Counted from the first letter of the stretch, positions 31,227 to 42,835 are shown. The stretch: 64,000 nucleotides of DNA from an uncultured Alphaproteobacteria bacterium (GCA_963752785.1 CAVVZE010000001.1:36402-100401); one strand, 5' to 3'. Numbers and translations are program-made. The notes: a model not told the origin generated them from the letters alone.

Positions 31227-31838
31227 ATGAGCAGCCTTGTCGGCCCCGACGAAGACAACCCCCTCGGCAAGCCGCCGGTGCCCGAAGAGGTCCAGGACGC
31301 GATCCGCACGCTGATCCGCTGGACCGGCGACGATCCGACGCGCGAAGGCCTGCTCGATACCCCGAAGCGTGTCGCCCGCGCATGGAAGGAATATTGCGTC
31401 GGATATGACGAGGACCCGGCCGATGCACCTCTCGCGCATCTTCGAGGAAGTGGGCGGCTATGACGAGGTGGTGCTGCTGAAGGACATCCCGTTCCAGTCG
31501 CATTGCGAACATCACATGGCGCCGATCATCGGCAAGGCGGCCATCGCCTATCTGCCGCGCAACCATGTCGTCGGCATTTCCAAGCTGGCGCGGGTGCTGC
31601 ATGGCTATCGCGCGGCGGCTGCAGATCCAGGAACGGCTGACCGCCGAGGTCGCCGAATGCATCTGGAACCACCTGAAGCCGCATGGCGTGGCGGTGGTGA
31701 TCGAGGCGAGCCATGCCTGCATGACCGCGCGCGGCGTCCGCACGCCGGGCGTCAGCATGGTGACCAGCCGCATGATGGGCACCTTCCGCGAGGATGAAAG
31801 AGTCGCGGAAAGAGGTGCTGTCGCTGATGGGTTACTGA
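31227..31838 (+). CDS. folE: GTP cyclohydrolase I (several frameshifts)
   Basis: [46 protein letters not shown] across frames. Confidence 0.92.
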
Positions 31839-32438
31839 TCCGCCCGGTATCCGTGCGCGGCCAGTATCTCGCGCACGCGGGCGAGGGCACAGGCCAGTGG
31901 ATCGTCCACGCCCATCAGCGCGAAACTGCCGGTGACCGCCAGGCTGCAATGGCCATGCACCACCGCGATCAATGATCGGGTGAGAAGGGCGACATCGGCC
32001 TTGCTGCCTGCGGGCAGGGCGGCGCGGACTTCCGCCTCGACAATCGCGGTCAGTGCAGCGCGCCTGGCGGCGTCTTGCTTCCGGCAGGCTGAAACCGGGG
32101 GGCAGATGATGCTCGTAGATCGCGGACCAGAGATGCGGGTTTTCCTGCGCAAAGGCGAAATAGGCGGCGACCAGCGTGCCGATCCGGTCTCGCCCGCCCG
32201 CGTCCAGCTTGCGCCGCAGGTCGTCTGCCCAGATTTCAAAGCTGCGCGAATTGATCGCGACGATCAGATGGTCGAGCGATCCGAACACATTGTAGATCGT
32301 GCCGACCGAGTAGCCGGCCCGCTTCGCGATCTCTCGCCCCGAGAGGCGGGCCAGGCCCGTCTGCGCCAGCAGCGCGTGGCCGTGCGACACCAGAAGCTCC
32401 TGCAATTCCTCGCGCGTGTGATCCGATCGGCGTCCCAT
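31832..32438 (-). CDS. TetR/AcrR family regulator, WHG-type C-terminus (one frameshift near 32080)
   Basis: [24 protein letters not shown]; C-terminal AVVHGHCSL. Confidence 0.88.
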
Positions 32439-32460
32439 GGGTGATCGGTACAGCGCGAAA

Positions 32461-32496
32461 TGAACACTGTCCAATTTATTTATTGAACACTGTTTA
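32461..32496. promoter_or_regulatory. Two tandem TetR-type operators TGAACA-C-TGT(C/T)(C/T)A
   Basis: TGAACACTGTCCA (32461-32473) and TGAACACTGTTTA (32484-32496), near-palindromes in an AT-rich divergent intergenic. Confidence 0.7.
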
Positions 32497-32605
32497 TTTT
32501 ACCGCTATTGCGCATGGCCACGCAGTCGCCCCATGCTTGCATCCGGCAAGCGCGGGGGCGGCGCGGGCCAGCCGGTCGGTGCGCCGGCGGAGGGGATCAC
32601 GGGCC

Positions 32606-35254
32606 ATGGAATTCATGCTTCTCGTCGCCGGTGCGGTCGCTCTGTTCCTGCTGTGGAAGCGGGTCGAGCGGCTCGAAGCCGAGCTGCAGGAACTGCGCGG
32701 AGAGGCGTTTTCGCGGGCGACTTCCCGCGCGGTCCCGGAACCCGCGCCCGCCCCGAGCCCCGCCCCGTCCCCGGCGCAAAGGCCAACCGCCAAGATCATT
32801 CCCAGGACCGCCCGCAGCACGCCGACGACCCGCGCAGCGCCGCCATTGCCTGCAGCTCCGCAGGTCGAGGAACCCGCCGCTGCGACCCGCAGCCGCTTCG
32901 CCTTCGATTTCGAGGAACTGTTCGGTCGCCAGCTGCCCATCTGGGCGGGCGGGATCACGCTCGCCGTCGCGGGCTTCTTCCTCGTGCGCTATGCCATCGA
33001 TGTCGGGCTGCTCAGCCCGGCGGTGCGCGTCGTGCTGGGGTTGCTGTTCGGGCTGGGCCTGATTGCCGGGGCGGAAATCGCGCATCGCTTCCGAGACCGC
33101 GTCGCCGATCCTCGCGTGCCGCAGGCGCTGTCGGGCGCTGGTCTCGCGGTGCTGTACGCCAGCATCTTCCTGGCCGGGACATTTTATGGCCTGATCGGCA
33201 CGGGCAGCGCCTTCGTCGGCCTTGCGCTGGTGACGGCGGCGGCCATCGGACTGTCGTTCCGCTTCGGCCTGCCCAGCGCCGTGCTTGGGCTGGTCGGCGG
33301 GTTCGCCGCGCCCGCTCTGGTGGGTGCCGAGGAATTGAACCTGCCGCTGCTGGCCTTCTATCTCGCGCTGGTCGCGGGCGGGCTGGGCCATGCGGCGCGG
33401 CGGCAGGCCGGATTTCCGCAAGGGGGCGGCTGGTCGCATGGCGGCTGGCTGGGCCTGGCGGGCATCGTGGGCGGACTGGGCTGGGGCCTCGTCATGCTGC
33501 TCGCGCAGCCCAGCGGGCCGGGCGACGTGGTGGCGACCGGCTTCTTCCTCGTCCTGCTGGGCGCGGTGCTGCCCGCGCTGGTGCTGCCCGAACTGCGCGA
33601 AAGCCGCTGGCTGCGGCTGGCTGCGGGCGGCTTTGCGTCGCTGCAGATGGCTGCGCTGCTGGAAAGCAGCGGGTATGAGCCGCTGTCCTGGGGCCTGTAT
33701 CTGTTGCTGGGCGCCGCCTTTGCGGGGCTGGGCTGGCGCAATCGGGGGCTACGCGACGCGTCGGCCATTGCGGGCGGCGTCGGCGCGTGGATGCTGGGCT
33801 TCTGGTACGATCCGGACCCCGTGCTGTTCGCAGGCGTGGCGGCGGCCATGACGCTGGTCTTTGCAGCCGTGCCGCTGGTGCATCTGTGGGTGGGCCGGGC
33901 GAGGGGTGCCGATGTCGCGGCGCTGGCGGTGATGCCGCTGGCTATCATGCTGGCGGCGCTGTGGCATTTCGATCAGGTCGATGGAGCGTGGTTGCTGGGG
34001 CTGGCCGGGCTGCTGCTGGCGGTGCTGCCCGCGGCGGGCGCGTGGAAGACCTGCGCAAATGCGGGCTGGCGCAGCGCCGTGCTGGAGGGGTCTGCCGTGT
34101 GGACCGCCTATGCCGCCGTGACGCAATTGGTACCCACTGACTATTGCGCCTGGATCGCGGGCGCGGCTGCCGGGGCGCTCGCTTTCGGGCTGGCCGAACG
34201 ACGCGGGGCGGCGCGAGCCGCGCTGGCGGTCGCGGTGGTCTGGGCGCTCTGGCCGCTGGGCTGGTGGCTGGGGGCGGCGGCCGAATCGCTGTCGGGATCG
34301 CCGCTGCTCGTGGGCGAACTTCCCACTTCGCGCGATGCCGCGCTTTACCTGCTGCCCGGCGCGCTGGCGGCGCTGGTCGTGGCTTTCCGCGAGCAGGGCA
34401 GGCTGGCGCTGGCCGCACGGGTACTCGCCGCGCTGCCCGCCATCGCGGCGGCGCATATCCTGTTCAAGCAGATCTTCGCGATCCGCGACCTTGCCGACTT
34501 CATAGCGCTTGGTCTTGCCGAACGCTCGGCATGGGAAGCGCTGCTGCTGATCGCCGGAGTCGCCGCGCTGCGGCTGCCCGCGCGCTGGTCGCCTCGCCCG
34601 GTGTCGGCTGCAGTGGCGGCGGCGCTGGCGGCCGCCGCGCTGGCGCATTTCACCGTGTACACCGGCCTCATCCACAATCCGCTGTGGAGCGCACAGGCCG
34701 TCGGCGCGACCCCGGTCGCGAACCTGCTGTTGGTCGCCTACGCCATCGCGGCGGGCGCGGTACTACTGCTGCGCCGCGCGCTGATCCTGCCCGCACCGAT
34801 GCAGCGCCCCTTGCGCGTGGCCAGCGATGCCGCGCTGATGCTGATTATCAGCCTGTGTGCCCTGTCCCAACTGCGGCAGGCGTTCGCAGGCACGATCCTG
34901 ACCGATCCGCCGGTGGGCCAGACGGAGGATCTGCTGCGGTCGCTGCTGGGCATCGTGCTGGCGGGCGGTTTCCTGCTGTGGGGCGCGCGGACCGGCACGC
35001 GCAGCTGGCGCATCGGCTCGCTGGTGCTGATGCTGGCCGCGGTGTGCAAGGTGTTCATCTACGACACCGCCGGGCTGGAAGGGCTGGTCCGCATCGCCAG
35101 CTTCCTGGCACTGGGCTTCAGCCTGATCGCGATCGGCTGGTTCTATTCGCGCCTGCTTCGCGTACCGGGCGGAGCTGGCGCGGAAGCGGATCCTATGCCT
35201 GCAGCCCCGCTTCGTCCCGCCGCTGCTGCGCCCGGTTCCAGCGCAGCGAGCTGA
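32606..35254 (+). CDS. DUF2339-like large polytopic membrane protein
   Basis: N-terminal TM plus Pro-rich linker, FEELFGRQLPIWAGG, many TMs, C-terminal KVFIYD.AGLEGLVRIASFLALG. Confidence 0.82.
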   Translation: MEFMLLVAGAVALFLLWKRVERLEAELQELRGEAFSRATSRAVPEPAPAPSPAPSPAQRPTAKIIPRTARSTPTTRAAPPLPAAPQVEEPAAATRSRFAFDFEELFGRQLPIWAGGITLAVAGFFLVRYAIDVGLLSPAVRVVLGLLFGLGLIAGAEIAHRFRDRVADPRVPQALSGAGLAVLYASIFLAGTFYGLIGTGSAFVGLALVTAAAIGLSFRFGLPSAVLGLVGGFAAPALVGAEELNLPLLAFYLALVAGGLGHAARRQAGFPQGGGWSHGGWLGLAGIVGGLGWGLVMLLAQPSGPGDVVATGFFLVLLGAVLPALVLPELRESRWLRLAAGGFASLQMAALLESSGYEPLSWGLYLLLGAAFAGLGWRNRGLRDASAIAGGVGAWMLGFWYDPDPVLFAGVAAAMTLVFAAVPLVHLWVGRARGADVAALAVMPLAIMLAALWHFDQVDGAWLLGLAGLLLAVLPAAGAWKTCANAGWRSAVLEGSAVWTAYAAVTQLVPTDYCAWIAGAAAGALAFGLAERRGAARAALAVAVVWALWPLGWWLGAAAESLSGSPLLVGELPTSRDAALYLLPGALAALVVAFREQGRLALAARVLAALPAIAAAHILFKQIFAIRDLADFIALGLAERSAWEALLLIAGVAALRLPARWSPRPVSAAVAAALAAAALAHFTVYTGLIHNPLWSAQAVGATPVANLLLVAYAIAAGAVLLLRRALILPAPMQRPLRVASDAALMLIISLCALSQLRQAFAGTILTDPPVGQTEDLLRSLLGIVLAGGFLLWGARTGTRSWRIGSLVLMLAAVCKVFIYDTAGLEGLVRIASFLALGFSLIAIGWFYSRLLRVPGGAGAEADPMPAAPLRPAAAAPGSSAAS

Positions 35255-36245
35255 AGAACGCCAGCCCGATCAGCACCGCGCCGATCAGCCCGGTGACGAC
35301 CTCGGGGATGTGATATTCGACGTTCAGGAACATGATCGCGGCCAGCACCAGGATCGCATAGAAAGCCCCGTGTTCCAGGAAGCGGTACTGGCTCATCGTG
35401 CCCTGGTGGACGAGGTAGATTGTCATCGAACGCACGAACATCGCGCCGATGCCAAGACCGATGGCGATGACGAACAGATTGGTCGACAGGGCGAAGGCCC
35501 CGATCACCCCGTCGAAGGAAAAGCTGGCGTCCAGCACCTCCAGGTAGAGGAACGAGGCGAGGCCGGATTTCGCGGCGACCTCGGTCGTTTCCTCGGGGGC
35601 GCCCAGAATGTCGCCGATCATCTCCACCGCGATGAAGGTCAGCAGGCCGAACAGCCCGGCGGTCAGGAAGGTGAGCCGTTCCTCGCCCTCCAGCAGGGTA
35701 GATGTGCCCCAGATCGCCAGGATCATCACCCCGATCTCGAACGCCTGCAGCCGCCCGAACTTTGCCAGCGGCCCCTCGATCACCCGGATCCAGTGCACTT
35801 CCTTGTCGGCGTCGAAGAAATATTTGAGACCGACCATGCCCAGGAACGCGCCGCCAAAGCCCATCAGGCCGTTATGCGCATCGCCCATGATCTGCGCGTA
35901 GCGATCCGGTTCGTTGATCGCCAGCATCAGCGCGCCCCACGGCCCCAGCGATGCAGCAATGGCGACGATCACGATGGGGAACACGATCCGCATGCCGAAT
36001 ACGGCGATGGCGATGCCCCACGTCAGGAAGCGGTGCTGCCATTTGGGGTCCATGTCCTTGAGCACGGTGGCGTTCACGGCCGCATTGTCGAACGACAGCG
36101 AGGTTTCCAGAACCGCCAGCACCATGCAGATCCACAGCGTGCCCAGCATGCCCTCGAATGTGCCGGTATATTCCCACCCCACGAACGCGCCCAGTGCCAG
36201 CGCGACGACGGTGAAGATGATCGAACCGTAGAAATGTCTGAGCAA
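35193..36245 (-). CDS. DUF475 / TerC-family integral membrane protein
   Basis: LETSLSFDNAAVNA, YLEVLDASFSFDGVIGAFA, LEHGAFYAI. Confidence 0.9.
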   Translation of the reverse strand: MLRHFYGSIIFTVVALALGAFVGWEYTGTFEGMLGTLWICMVLAVLETSLSFDNAAVNATVLKDMDPKWQHRFLTWGIAIAVFGMRIVFPIVIVAIAASLGPWGALMLAINEPDRYAQIMGDAHNGLMGFGGAFLGMVGLKYFFDADKEVHWIRVIEGPLAKFGRLQAFEIGVMILAIWGTSTLLEGEERLTFLTAGLFGLLTFIAVEMIGDILGAPEETTEVAAKSGLASFLYLEVLDASFSFDGVIGAFALSTNLFVIAIGLGIGAMFVRSMTIYLVHQGTMSQYRFLEHGAFYAILVLAAIMFLNVEYHIPEVVTGLIGAVLIGLAFFSSLRWNRAQQRRDEAGLQA

Positions 36246-36370
36246 GGAGGGCCTCGGCTGATGCGAAAATGGAATGGGGCCGGGCCTGCCGGTCCGGATA
36301 TGGCAAGGCCGTCTAGATAAAGACGGCGCGCATCAGATCAAGCGCGTCGATGACAGTCGGGTTCCCGAGC

Positions 36371-37816
36371 TCAGGGCCGGTCCGCTTCTTGCGGCGCATC
36401 CGCCTGCCATGCCCCGCCCAGCGCCTTGTACACCGCCACCGCGGCATTCGCCGCTTCCAGCCGGGCCGAGGAAAGCGCCTGCTCGCGCGCCAGCAGGTCC
36501 AGCCGCGCGCGGTTCAGTTCCAGCCGGTTGTCCTCGCCCCGGTCATAGCGCTGCTGCGCAAGATCGAAGGCTCGCGCCTGCGCCTCGGTGGCTTGCGCGG
36601 CGGCGGCCGTGCGGCTGCGCGCTTCCAGAAAGCGGTTGATCGCGCCTTCGCTGTCGGCCAGCGCCTCGGCAACGCTCTGCTCATAGGCGGCGGCGGCGGC
36701 ATCCGCCCCGGCACCCGCGGCACGGATGCGTGCGCGGATCTGTCCGCCGGAAAAGATCGGCCAGCTGAAACTCGGCCCGATGGAGAAGCGGGTGGACGCG
36801 GGATCGAACAGCCTGCCCGCGTCCTGCGCCTGCGTGCCCAATCCGCCGATCAGCGAGAAGCGCGGAAACAGATCGGCGGTCGCGACGCCGATCTGTGCCG
36901 TGGCGGCGGCCAGTTCGCGTTCGGCGCGGCGCACGTCGGGGCGGCGGCGCAGCAGGTCGGACCGCAGGCCGACCAGAATCGCTTCGGGCGCTTCGGGAAT
37001 GGGAGCGGCGCTCTCCAGATCGGGCAGCAGGTTTTCGGGCGGCGTTCCCATCAGCGCCGCCAGGCGATAGGCGGCGGATGCCTCCAGCGCGCGGGCCTGC
37101 GCAGCGGCGTCAGCGGCATTGGCAGCCTCGGCGCTGGCGGCTTCGGCATCGATCCGGCTTGCCTCGCCCGCACGGGTGAGCTGCTGCGTCAGCGCGGCAA
37201 GCTCGTCCACCGCGTCCTGGCGCCCGGCGGCCAGCGCCGCCACCTGCTGCGCCGCGCGCAGGTCCATGTAGCCGCGCGCGATCTCGGCGGTCAGCTGGAC
37301 CAGCGCGTCCTGATAGGCGGCCTGCGCGGCCTCGGCCTGTGCCTGCGCGGCCTGCGCCTCACGCGTGCGGCGACCCCACAGGTCGATCTCCCAGCTGGCA
37401 TCGAAGCCCAGGTCGAACAGGCTGTAGCGCGGATCGAAGCCGGGAAACGCGTCCACCGGCAGCAGGCCGTTCTCGCTGATCCGGTTCTCGCTCGCCGCGC
37501 CGCTGGCGGAGACCTGCGGCAATCGGCCGCCCAGCACCGCGTCGCGATTGGCGCGTGCCTCGGCCAGCCGCGCGCGAGCCTCGGCCAGCGAGGGTGCCTC
37601 GGCCATGGCGCGGGTGATGAGCGCGCCAAGCCGCGGATCGTCGAAGCGGTTCCACCAAGCAGGCTGGATCGCGCCGGTGGTCGCAGGCTCGATCCAGGTA
37701 TCCGACACCTGCGGTACAGGAGCGTCGTAATCCGGCCCGACCGTGCAGCCGGCAAGGGCCGCCGCAAGCAAGGGGGCGGCCAGCAAGAGGGGAAGGGCGG
37801 GACGAAACATTCGCAT
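36371..37816 (-). CDS. Efflux outer-membrane factor lipoprotein (NodT/OprM family)
   Basis: LAGCTVGPDY lipobox, WWNRFDDP, SWEIDLWG, LLRRRPDVRRAE, YKALGGAW. Confidence 0.92.
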   Translation of the reverse strand: MRMFRPALPLLLAAPLLAAALAGCTVGPDYDAPVPQVSDTWIEPATTGAIQPAWWNRFDDPRLGALITRAMAEAPSLAEARARLAEARANRDAVLGGRLPQVSASGAASENRISENGLLPVDAFPGFDPRYSLFDLGFDASWEIDLWGRRTREAQAAQAQAEAAQAAYQDALVQLTAEIARGYMDLRAAQQVAALAAGRQDAVDELAALTQQLTRAGEASRIDAEAASAEAANAADAAAQARALEASAAYRLAALMGTPPENLLPDLESAAPIPEAPEAILVGLRSDLLRRRPDVRRAERELAAATAQIGVATADLFPRFSLIGGLGTQAQDAGRLFDPASTRFSIGPSFSWPIFSGGQIRARIRAAGAGADAAAAAYEQSVAEALADSEGAINRFLEARSRTAAAAQATEAQARAFDLAQQRYDRGEDNRLELNRARLDLLAREQALSSARLEAANAAVAVYKALGGAWQADAPQEADRP

Positions 37817-38920
37817 TCACTCCATGCGCGCGCGGAACAGCCAGCCCGAAACCGAAATGGTCACGAAGCTGATGACGACCAGCGGCCACAACAGCGGCAG
37901 CATGTCGGAGACGGGGATCGCCTTGAGGAACTGGCCGATCGAGAATTCCATGAAATAGCGCGCCGGGTTGATGTAGGTGATCGCCCGCAGCCAGTCGGGC
38001 ATGTTTTCAAGCGGGCTGGCAAAGCCCGACAGCAGGATCACCGGAATGGTCGCCACGAACGAGCCCAGGAACGCCTGCTGCTGCGTGGTCGAAAGCGCCG
38101 ACACGAACATCCCCAGTCCGACGAGCGAGACGAGATAGATCGACAGTCCGACATAGAACCACGGGATCGACCCGGTGAACGGCACGCCGAAAGCCAGCGG
38201 GGCCAGCGCCAGAAAGACGGTGCCGTTGAACAGGCCCACGCAGAACGGCGGCACCATCTTGCCGATCAGGATCTGCGGCACGGTCAGCGGGCTGACCATC
38301 AGCTGGTCGAACGTGCCCATCTCACGCTCGCGCGCTACGGTCTGCGCGGTGACCGACAGGCCCGACACCGACACGATCACCACCAGCAGGCTGGGCATGT
38401 TGAACCAGATGTATTCCAGGTTTGGATTGAACCAGTTGATCGCGACCGCGTTCTGCGGCGGCGGAGTGGACGAGGGCCGCAGTTCCATCCCCGCATCGGC
38501 GGCTATGCGCGTGAGATAGCCGCCCACGATCTGCGCCGCGTTCGACCGCCTGCCGTCCAGCACGACGCCGACCGTCGCGGGCTCGCCGCGCGCGATCTGG
38601 TGGTCGAAATCCTCGTCGATGACGATGGCGGCAATCACTTCCTGCCGGTCGATCGCGCGGCGCAGATCGTCGGCGGATTGCAGGCGGCGGATCTCTCCGA
38701 AAGTCCGCGCCCCGGCGATGCGCTGGACGAGCTCGGTGCTGGCCGTCCCGCTCGACCGGTCGAGCACGCCGACGGCGACATTCTTGACCTCAAGCGTGAC
38801 CGCGAAGCTGAAGATCAGCAGCTGCAGCAGCGGCGGCAGCACCAGCATGATGCGCGCCTTGGGATCGCGCAGCAGCGCCCAGAACTCCTTGACGATCATC
38901 GCCTTCAGCGCGCCGCTCAT
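37817..38920 (-). CDS. ABC-2 permease (YbhR-like)
   Basis: KEFWALLRD, WFNPNL, AREREMGTFDQLMVSP, LLSGFASPLENMP. Confidence 0.9.
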   Translation of the reverse strand: MSGALKAMIVKEFWALLRDPKARIMLVLPPLLQLLIFSFAVTLEVKNVAVGVLDRSSGTASTELVQRIAGARTFGEIRRLQSADDLRRAIDRQEVIAAIVIDEDFDHQIARGEPATVGVVLDGRRSNAAQIVGGYLTRIAADAGMELRPSSTPPPQNAVAINWFNPNLEYIWFNMPSLLVVIVSVSGLSVTAQTVAREREMGTFDQLMVSPLTVPQILIGKMVPPFCVGLFNGTVFLALAPLAFGVPFTGSIPWFYVGLSIYLVSLVGLGMFVSALSTTQQQAFLGSFVATIPVILLSGFASPLENMPDWLRAITYINPARYFMEFSIGQFLKAIPVSDMLPLLWPLVVISFVTISVSGWLFRARME

Positions 38921-38936
38921 CGGTCCAGGCTCCCCA

Positions 38937-40066
38937 TCAGTCCAGGCTTCGGCGCGTGAAGCGGATGCACAGCGCGAAGAAGCCCGCGCCGAAGAGCAGC
39001 ATGATGCCCACATTGGGCCAGATCAGCGGCCAGATGTCGCCAGCCAGGAACACGGTCTGCAGCAGCGGCACGAAATAGCGCGCGGGGACGATATAGGTAA
39101 TCGCCTGGATGACGGGCGGCATCGACGAAATCTCGAACATGAAGCCCGACAGCAGGAAGGTGGGCAGGAACCCCGACAGCAGCGCGATCTGGCTGGCGAC
39201 GAACTGGTTCTTGGTCGCCGCCGAAATGAACAGGCCCTGCCCAAGCGCCGGCATCAGATAGGCGACCGCGATCACGAACAGCGCCAGCGCAGACCCGCGC
39301 AACGGCACGCCGAACACCGTCACGGCCAGCAAGGTGCACAGCGCCATCGAAGCCAGCGCGAGCACGAAATAGGGGATGATCTTGCTGATCAGGAACTCGG
39401 CCATGTGCATGGGGGTGGCCATCATCGCCTCCATCGTGCCGCGTTCCCATTCGCGCGCGATGACAAGGCGGTCAGCAGCGTGCCGATCATCGTCATCACG
39501 ATGGCGATGGCGCCCGGCACCAGGAAATTGCGGCTGGTGAGCGCGGGATTGTACCAATAGCGCGGCGACAGATCGATTGGCGGGGCGGCACTGGCGCCGC
39601 GCGTCGCCGCCTCGTTCGCCATCCAGCTGTTCAGCAGACCCTCGGCATAGGCGCGGGTGAAATTGGCGGTATTGGGCAGCGACCCGTCGGTGATGATCTG
39701 GACCGGCGGCGGGTTGCCGCGCGCATAGCCGCGCCCGAAATCCTGCGGGATCACGACGATGCCGCGGATCTCGCCGCTGACCATCCGGTCCTTCAGCGGC
39801 TGTACGCTGCGTGTTGTGATGACCTCGAAATTGGGATTGTTCTGATAGGCGCCGGCCAGCGACAGCGCGGGCGCGCTCGAATCCTCGATCGCGATGCCGA
39901 TGCGCGTGTTGTTGGAATCGAGATTGAGCGCATAGCCGAACAGGAACAGCAGCAGCAGCGGCAGGACAAAGGCGATCAGGAAGGTCGAGGGATCGCGCAT
40001 GATCTGCGCGATTTCCTTGGCGATCATCGCGGTCAGGCGGCGCCGGTCGATCAGCGGGCCGCTCAT
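38937..40066 (-). CDS. ABC-2 permease (YbhS-like; frameshift near 39465)
   Basis: KEIAQIMRDP, LFLFGYALNLD, WYNPALTS, AREWERGTMEA, LLSGFMFEISSMP. Confidence 0.88.
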
Positions 40067-41827
40067 GCCGCTTCCTCCTCGTGCTGCCGGGGCGCTCGGC
40101 GTCGCTCGCCTCGATCATGGCGATGAAGGCGTCCTCCATCGTCGGATCGTCGAGACCGGCCATGCCGGCGGCCTGCTGCTTCAATTCGTCAGGCGTGCCG
40201 GTTGCGATCTGTTCGGCGCGGTAGATCAGCGTGATCGCGTCGCAATATTCGGCCTCTTCCATGAAATGGGTGGTGACCAGCACGGCCACGCCCTTTTCGA
40301 CCAGCCCGTTGATATGCATCCAGAATTCGCGCCGCGTGACCGGGATCGACGCCGCTGGTCGGCTCGTCGAGGAACAGCACCGGCGGTTCGTGCATCACCG
40401 CGCAGGCCAGCGCCAGCCGCTGCTTGAAGCCGAGCGGCAGCGTGCCTGCGGTCGCCTTCATCCGCTCGCCCAGCTCGAAGATCTCGGTCACCCGCTCGAC
40501 CGCCCGCTTCGCCTCGCGCCCCTCCAGCCCGTAGGCACCGGCGAAGAAGTTCAGGTTCTGCGCCACCGACAGTTCGCCGTAGAGCGAGAATTTCTGCGCC
40601 ATGTAGCCCAGCGCCGCGCGTGCCCTGCCGCTGGACGTGCGCAGATCGTGGCCGGCCACCGCGCCCGTACCCTCGGTCGGCGTCAGCAGGCCGCACAGCA
40701 TCTTGAAAGTGGTCGACTTGCCCGCGCCATTGGGGCCGAGCAGCCCAAAGATCTAGCCGTAGGGCACCGAGAAGCTGACATCGTGCGCGGCGGTGAAATC
40801 GCCAAACCGCTTGGTCAGGCCCTCGGCCTCGATCGCGGGACCGCTCACCCGCCTCGATGGTGCGATAGGCTTCGGCCAGCGCGCTGGTGCCCTTGGGACC
40901 GCCGCCCAGCCGCTCGATGAAGCCGTCCTCGAACCGGGGCTGCGCCGGCGCAAGTTCGAACCCGCTCTCGCGCCTCCAGCTCGTCCGGGGTCTTCAGCAG
41001 CAGCCGGACCGAGCGGCCCTGGATCGTGCCGTCGAGAACCTCGTCACGGTCGAGCATGCGGGTCAGCACGTGGCGGCGGCGATCCTCGAACCCGGTCAGT
41101 CGCACCACGCGGTTTTCTACCGAACAGGTCAGCTCCGCCGGATCGCCGCTGAACAGCAGCTTGCCCTCGCTCAGCAGATAGACGTGTCGCATTTCTCCGC
41201 CTCGTCGAGATAGGCGGTGGACCATAGCACACCCGATGCCTGATTGTCGGGGCCATCCGTAATCAGCTCCTGCACCATGGCCCATAACTCGCGGCGCGAG
41301 ATCGGGTCGACGCCGACACCCGGCTCGTCCAGCAGCAGCAGGCGCGGCGTTTTGACCAGCGCGCAGGCCAGGCCGAGCTTCTGCTTCATGCCGCCCGACA
41401 AAGCGCCCGCCAGCCGGTCGCGGAACCGGGCGAGATCGGTGAACTCCAGCAGCCGGCCGAAGGTCGCCTCGCGCTCTTCGGCGGGCAAGGCGCGCATGTC
41501 GGCGTAGAGGTCGAGGTTCTGCTGGACGGTCAGGTCCTCATACAGGCCGAAGCGCTGCGGCATGTAGCCGATATGCTCCAGGTCCTTGCCGGGCTTGCCG
41601 CCCAGCACACTGACCGATCCCTCGTCCGGCGCCATCAGTCCCGCCAATATGCGGATCAGCGTCGTCTTGCCCGCGCCGTCGGGTCCGACGAGGCCGGTGA
41701 CGCGGCCCGTCGGGATCTCCATCGATACGCAGTCCAGCGCGGGCTTCTCCGCGCCGGCGAAGCGCTTGACCAGCCCCTCGACCCGCGCGACCAGATCGGC
41801 GCCGGAAGAAGGCGGTTCGCCCGCCAT
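40063..41827 (-). CDS. Dual-domain ABC ATPase (YbhF-like; frameshifts and one in-frame TAG)
   Basis: GPDGAGKTT/LSGGMKQK/LLDEP and GPNGAGKST/LPLGFKQR/FLDEPTSGVDP, TTHFMEEAEYCD. Confidence 0.88.
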
Positions 41828-41830
41828 GGA

Positions 41831-42834
41831 TCAGTCCTCCACCGCCGGGCGGGCGCTCGGGACGGTGACGGTGACGGGCTGGCCCTGCCGCAATGCGTCG
41901 TCGGGATCGTCGACCACGATGCGCAGGCGATAGACCAGGTCGGTGCGCAGATCCTCGGTCTCGACCGACTTGGGCGTGAACTCGGCGCGGGGCGAGATAT
42001 AGCCGATGGTGCCGTGATAGACTCGTGGGATTGCCGTCGGCGGTGACCTGCACCTTCATGCCGGGATCGATCCGCGCCAGATCGGTCTCGCGCGATATAG
42101 GCGCGCACCCGCAGCGGGCGGTCGATGGCGATGGTGAAGGCGGTCACGCCGGGCGCGACGAGGCTGCCGGGCTCTACCGAGCGGGTGACGACCGTGCCGT
42201 CGACCGGCGCTTCCAGCCGCGTGTAGTCGAGGTCAGTGTCGATCGCGGCACGCGCGGCCCTGGCGGCTTCCAGCTGCGCGCGGGCAGCGGCAATATCTTC
42301 CTTGCGGGCGCCTTCGACCGCAAGCGAGGCGCCCTGGTGCGCTTCGGCAAAGCGCGCCTCGGCGGTGCGCAGGGCGGCGACGGTCTGTTCCCACGCGTCG
42401 CGGCTGATCGCGCCCGATTCGACCAGCGGCTGGCGGCGGTTGTAATCGGCCTGCGCATCGTTCAGCGCGGCGCGGGCCGCGGCCTGCTGTGCGCTCGCCT
42501 GCCGGATCTCCTGCGGCCTGCTGCCCGCCTGCAGCTTGGCCAGCTGCGCGCGGGCCTGCGCCAGCTGCGCATCGGCCTGCGCCAGCCGGTCCTGCGCGTG
42601 GCTGGGATCGAGCACGGCGAGCAATTCGCCTTCCTTCACGCGCTCGCCTTCCTCCACCGGCACGCGGCTGACGCGGCCCGATGCCTGGAACGCCATCTCG
42701 ACCTCGCGGATGTCGACATTGCCATAGAGCGTGAGGGGGCCGTCCTCGCCCTTCAGCAGGCCGAAGCCCGAGGTGGCAATGGCGGCGATGATCAGCGCCG
42801 CAAGGGCGATCCCGGCGATGATGCGGCGGTTCAT
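41831..42834 (-). CDS. HlyD family membrane-fusion protein (YbhG-like; frameshifts near 42020-42095)
   Basis: [26 protein letters not shown], coiled coil, [17 protein letters not shown]. Confidence 0.88.
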
Positions 42835-42835
42835 G

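Noticed and set aside
29197-31838. uvrC and folE as pseudogenes
   Set aside because: All conserved motifs are intact across frames; indels in housekeeping genes point to consensus errors
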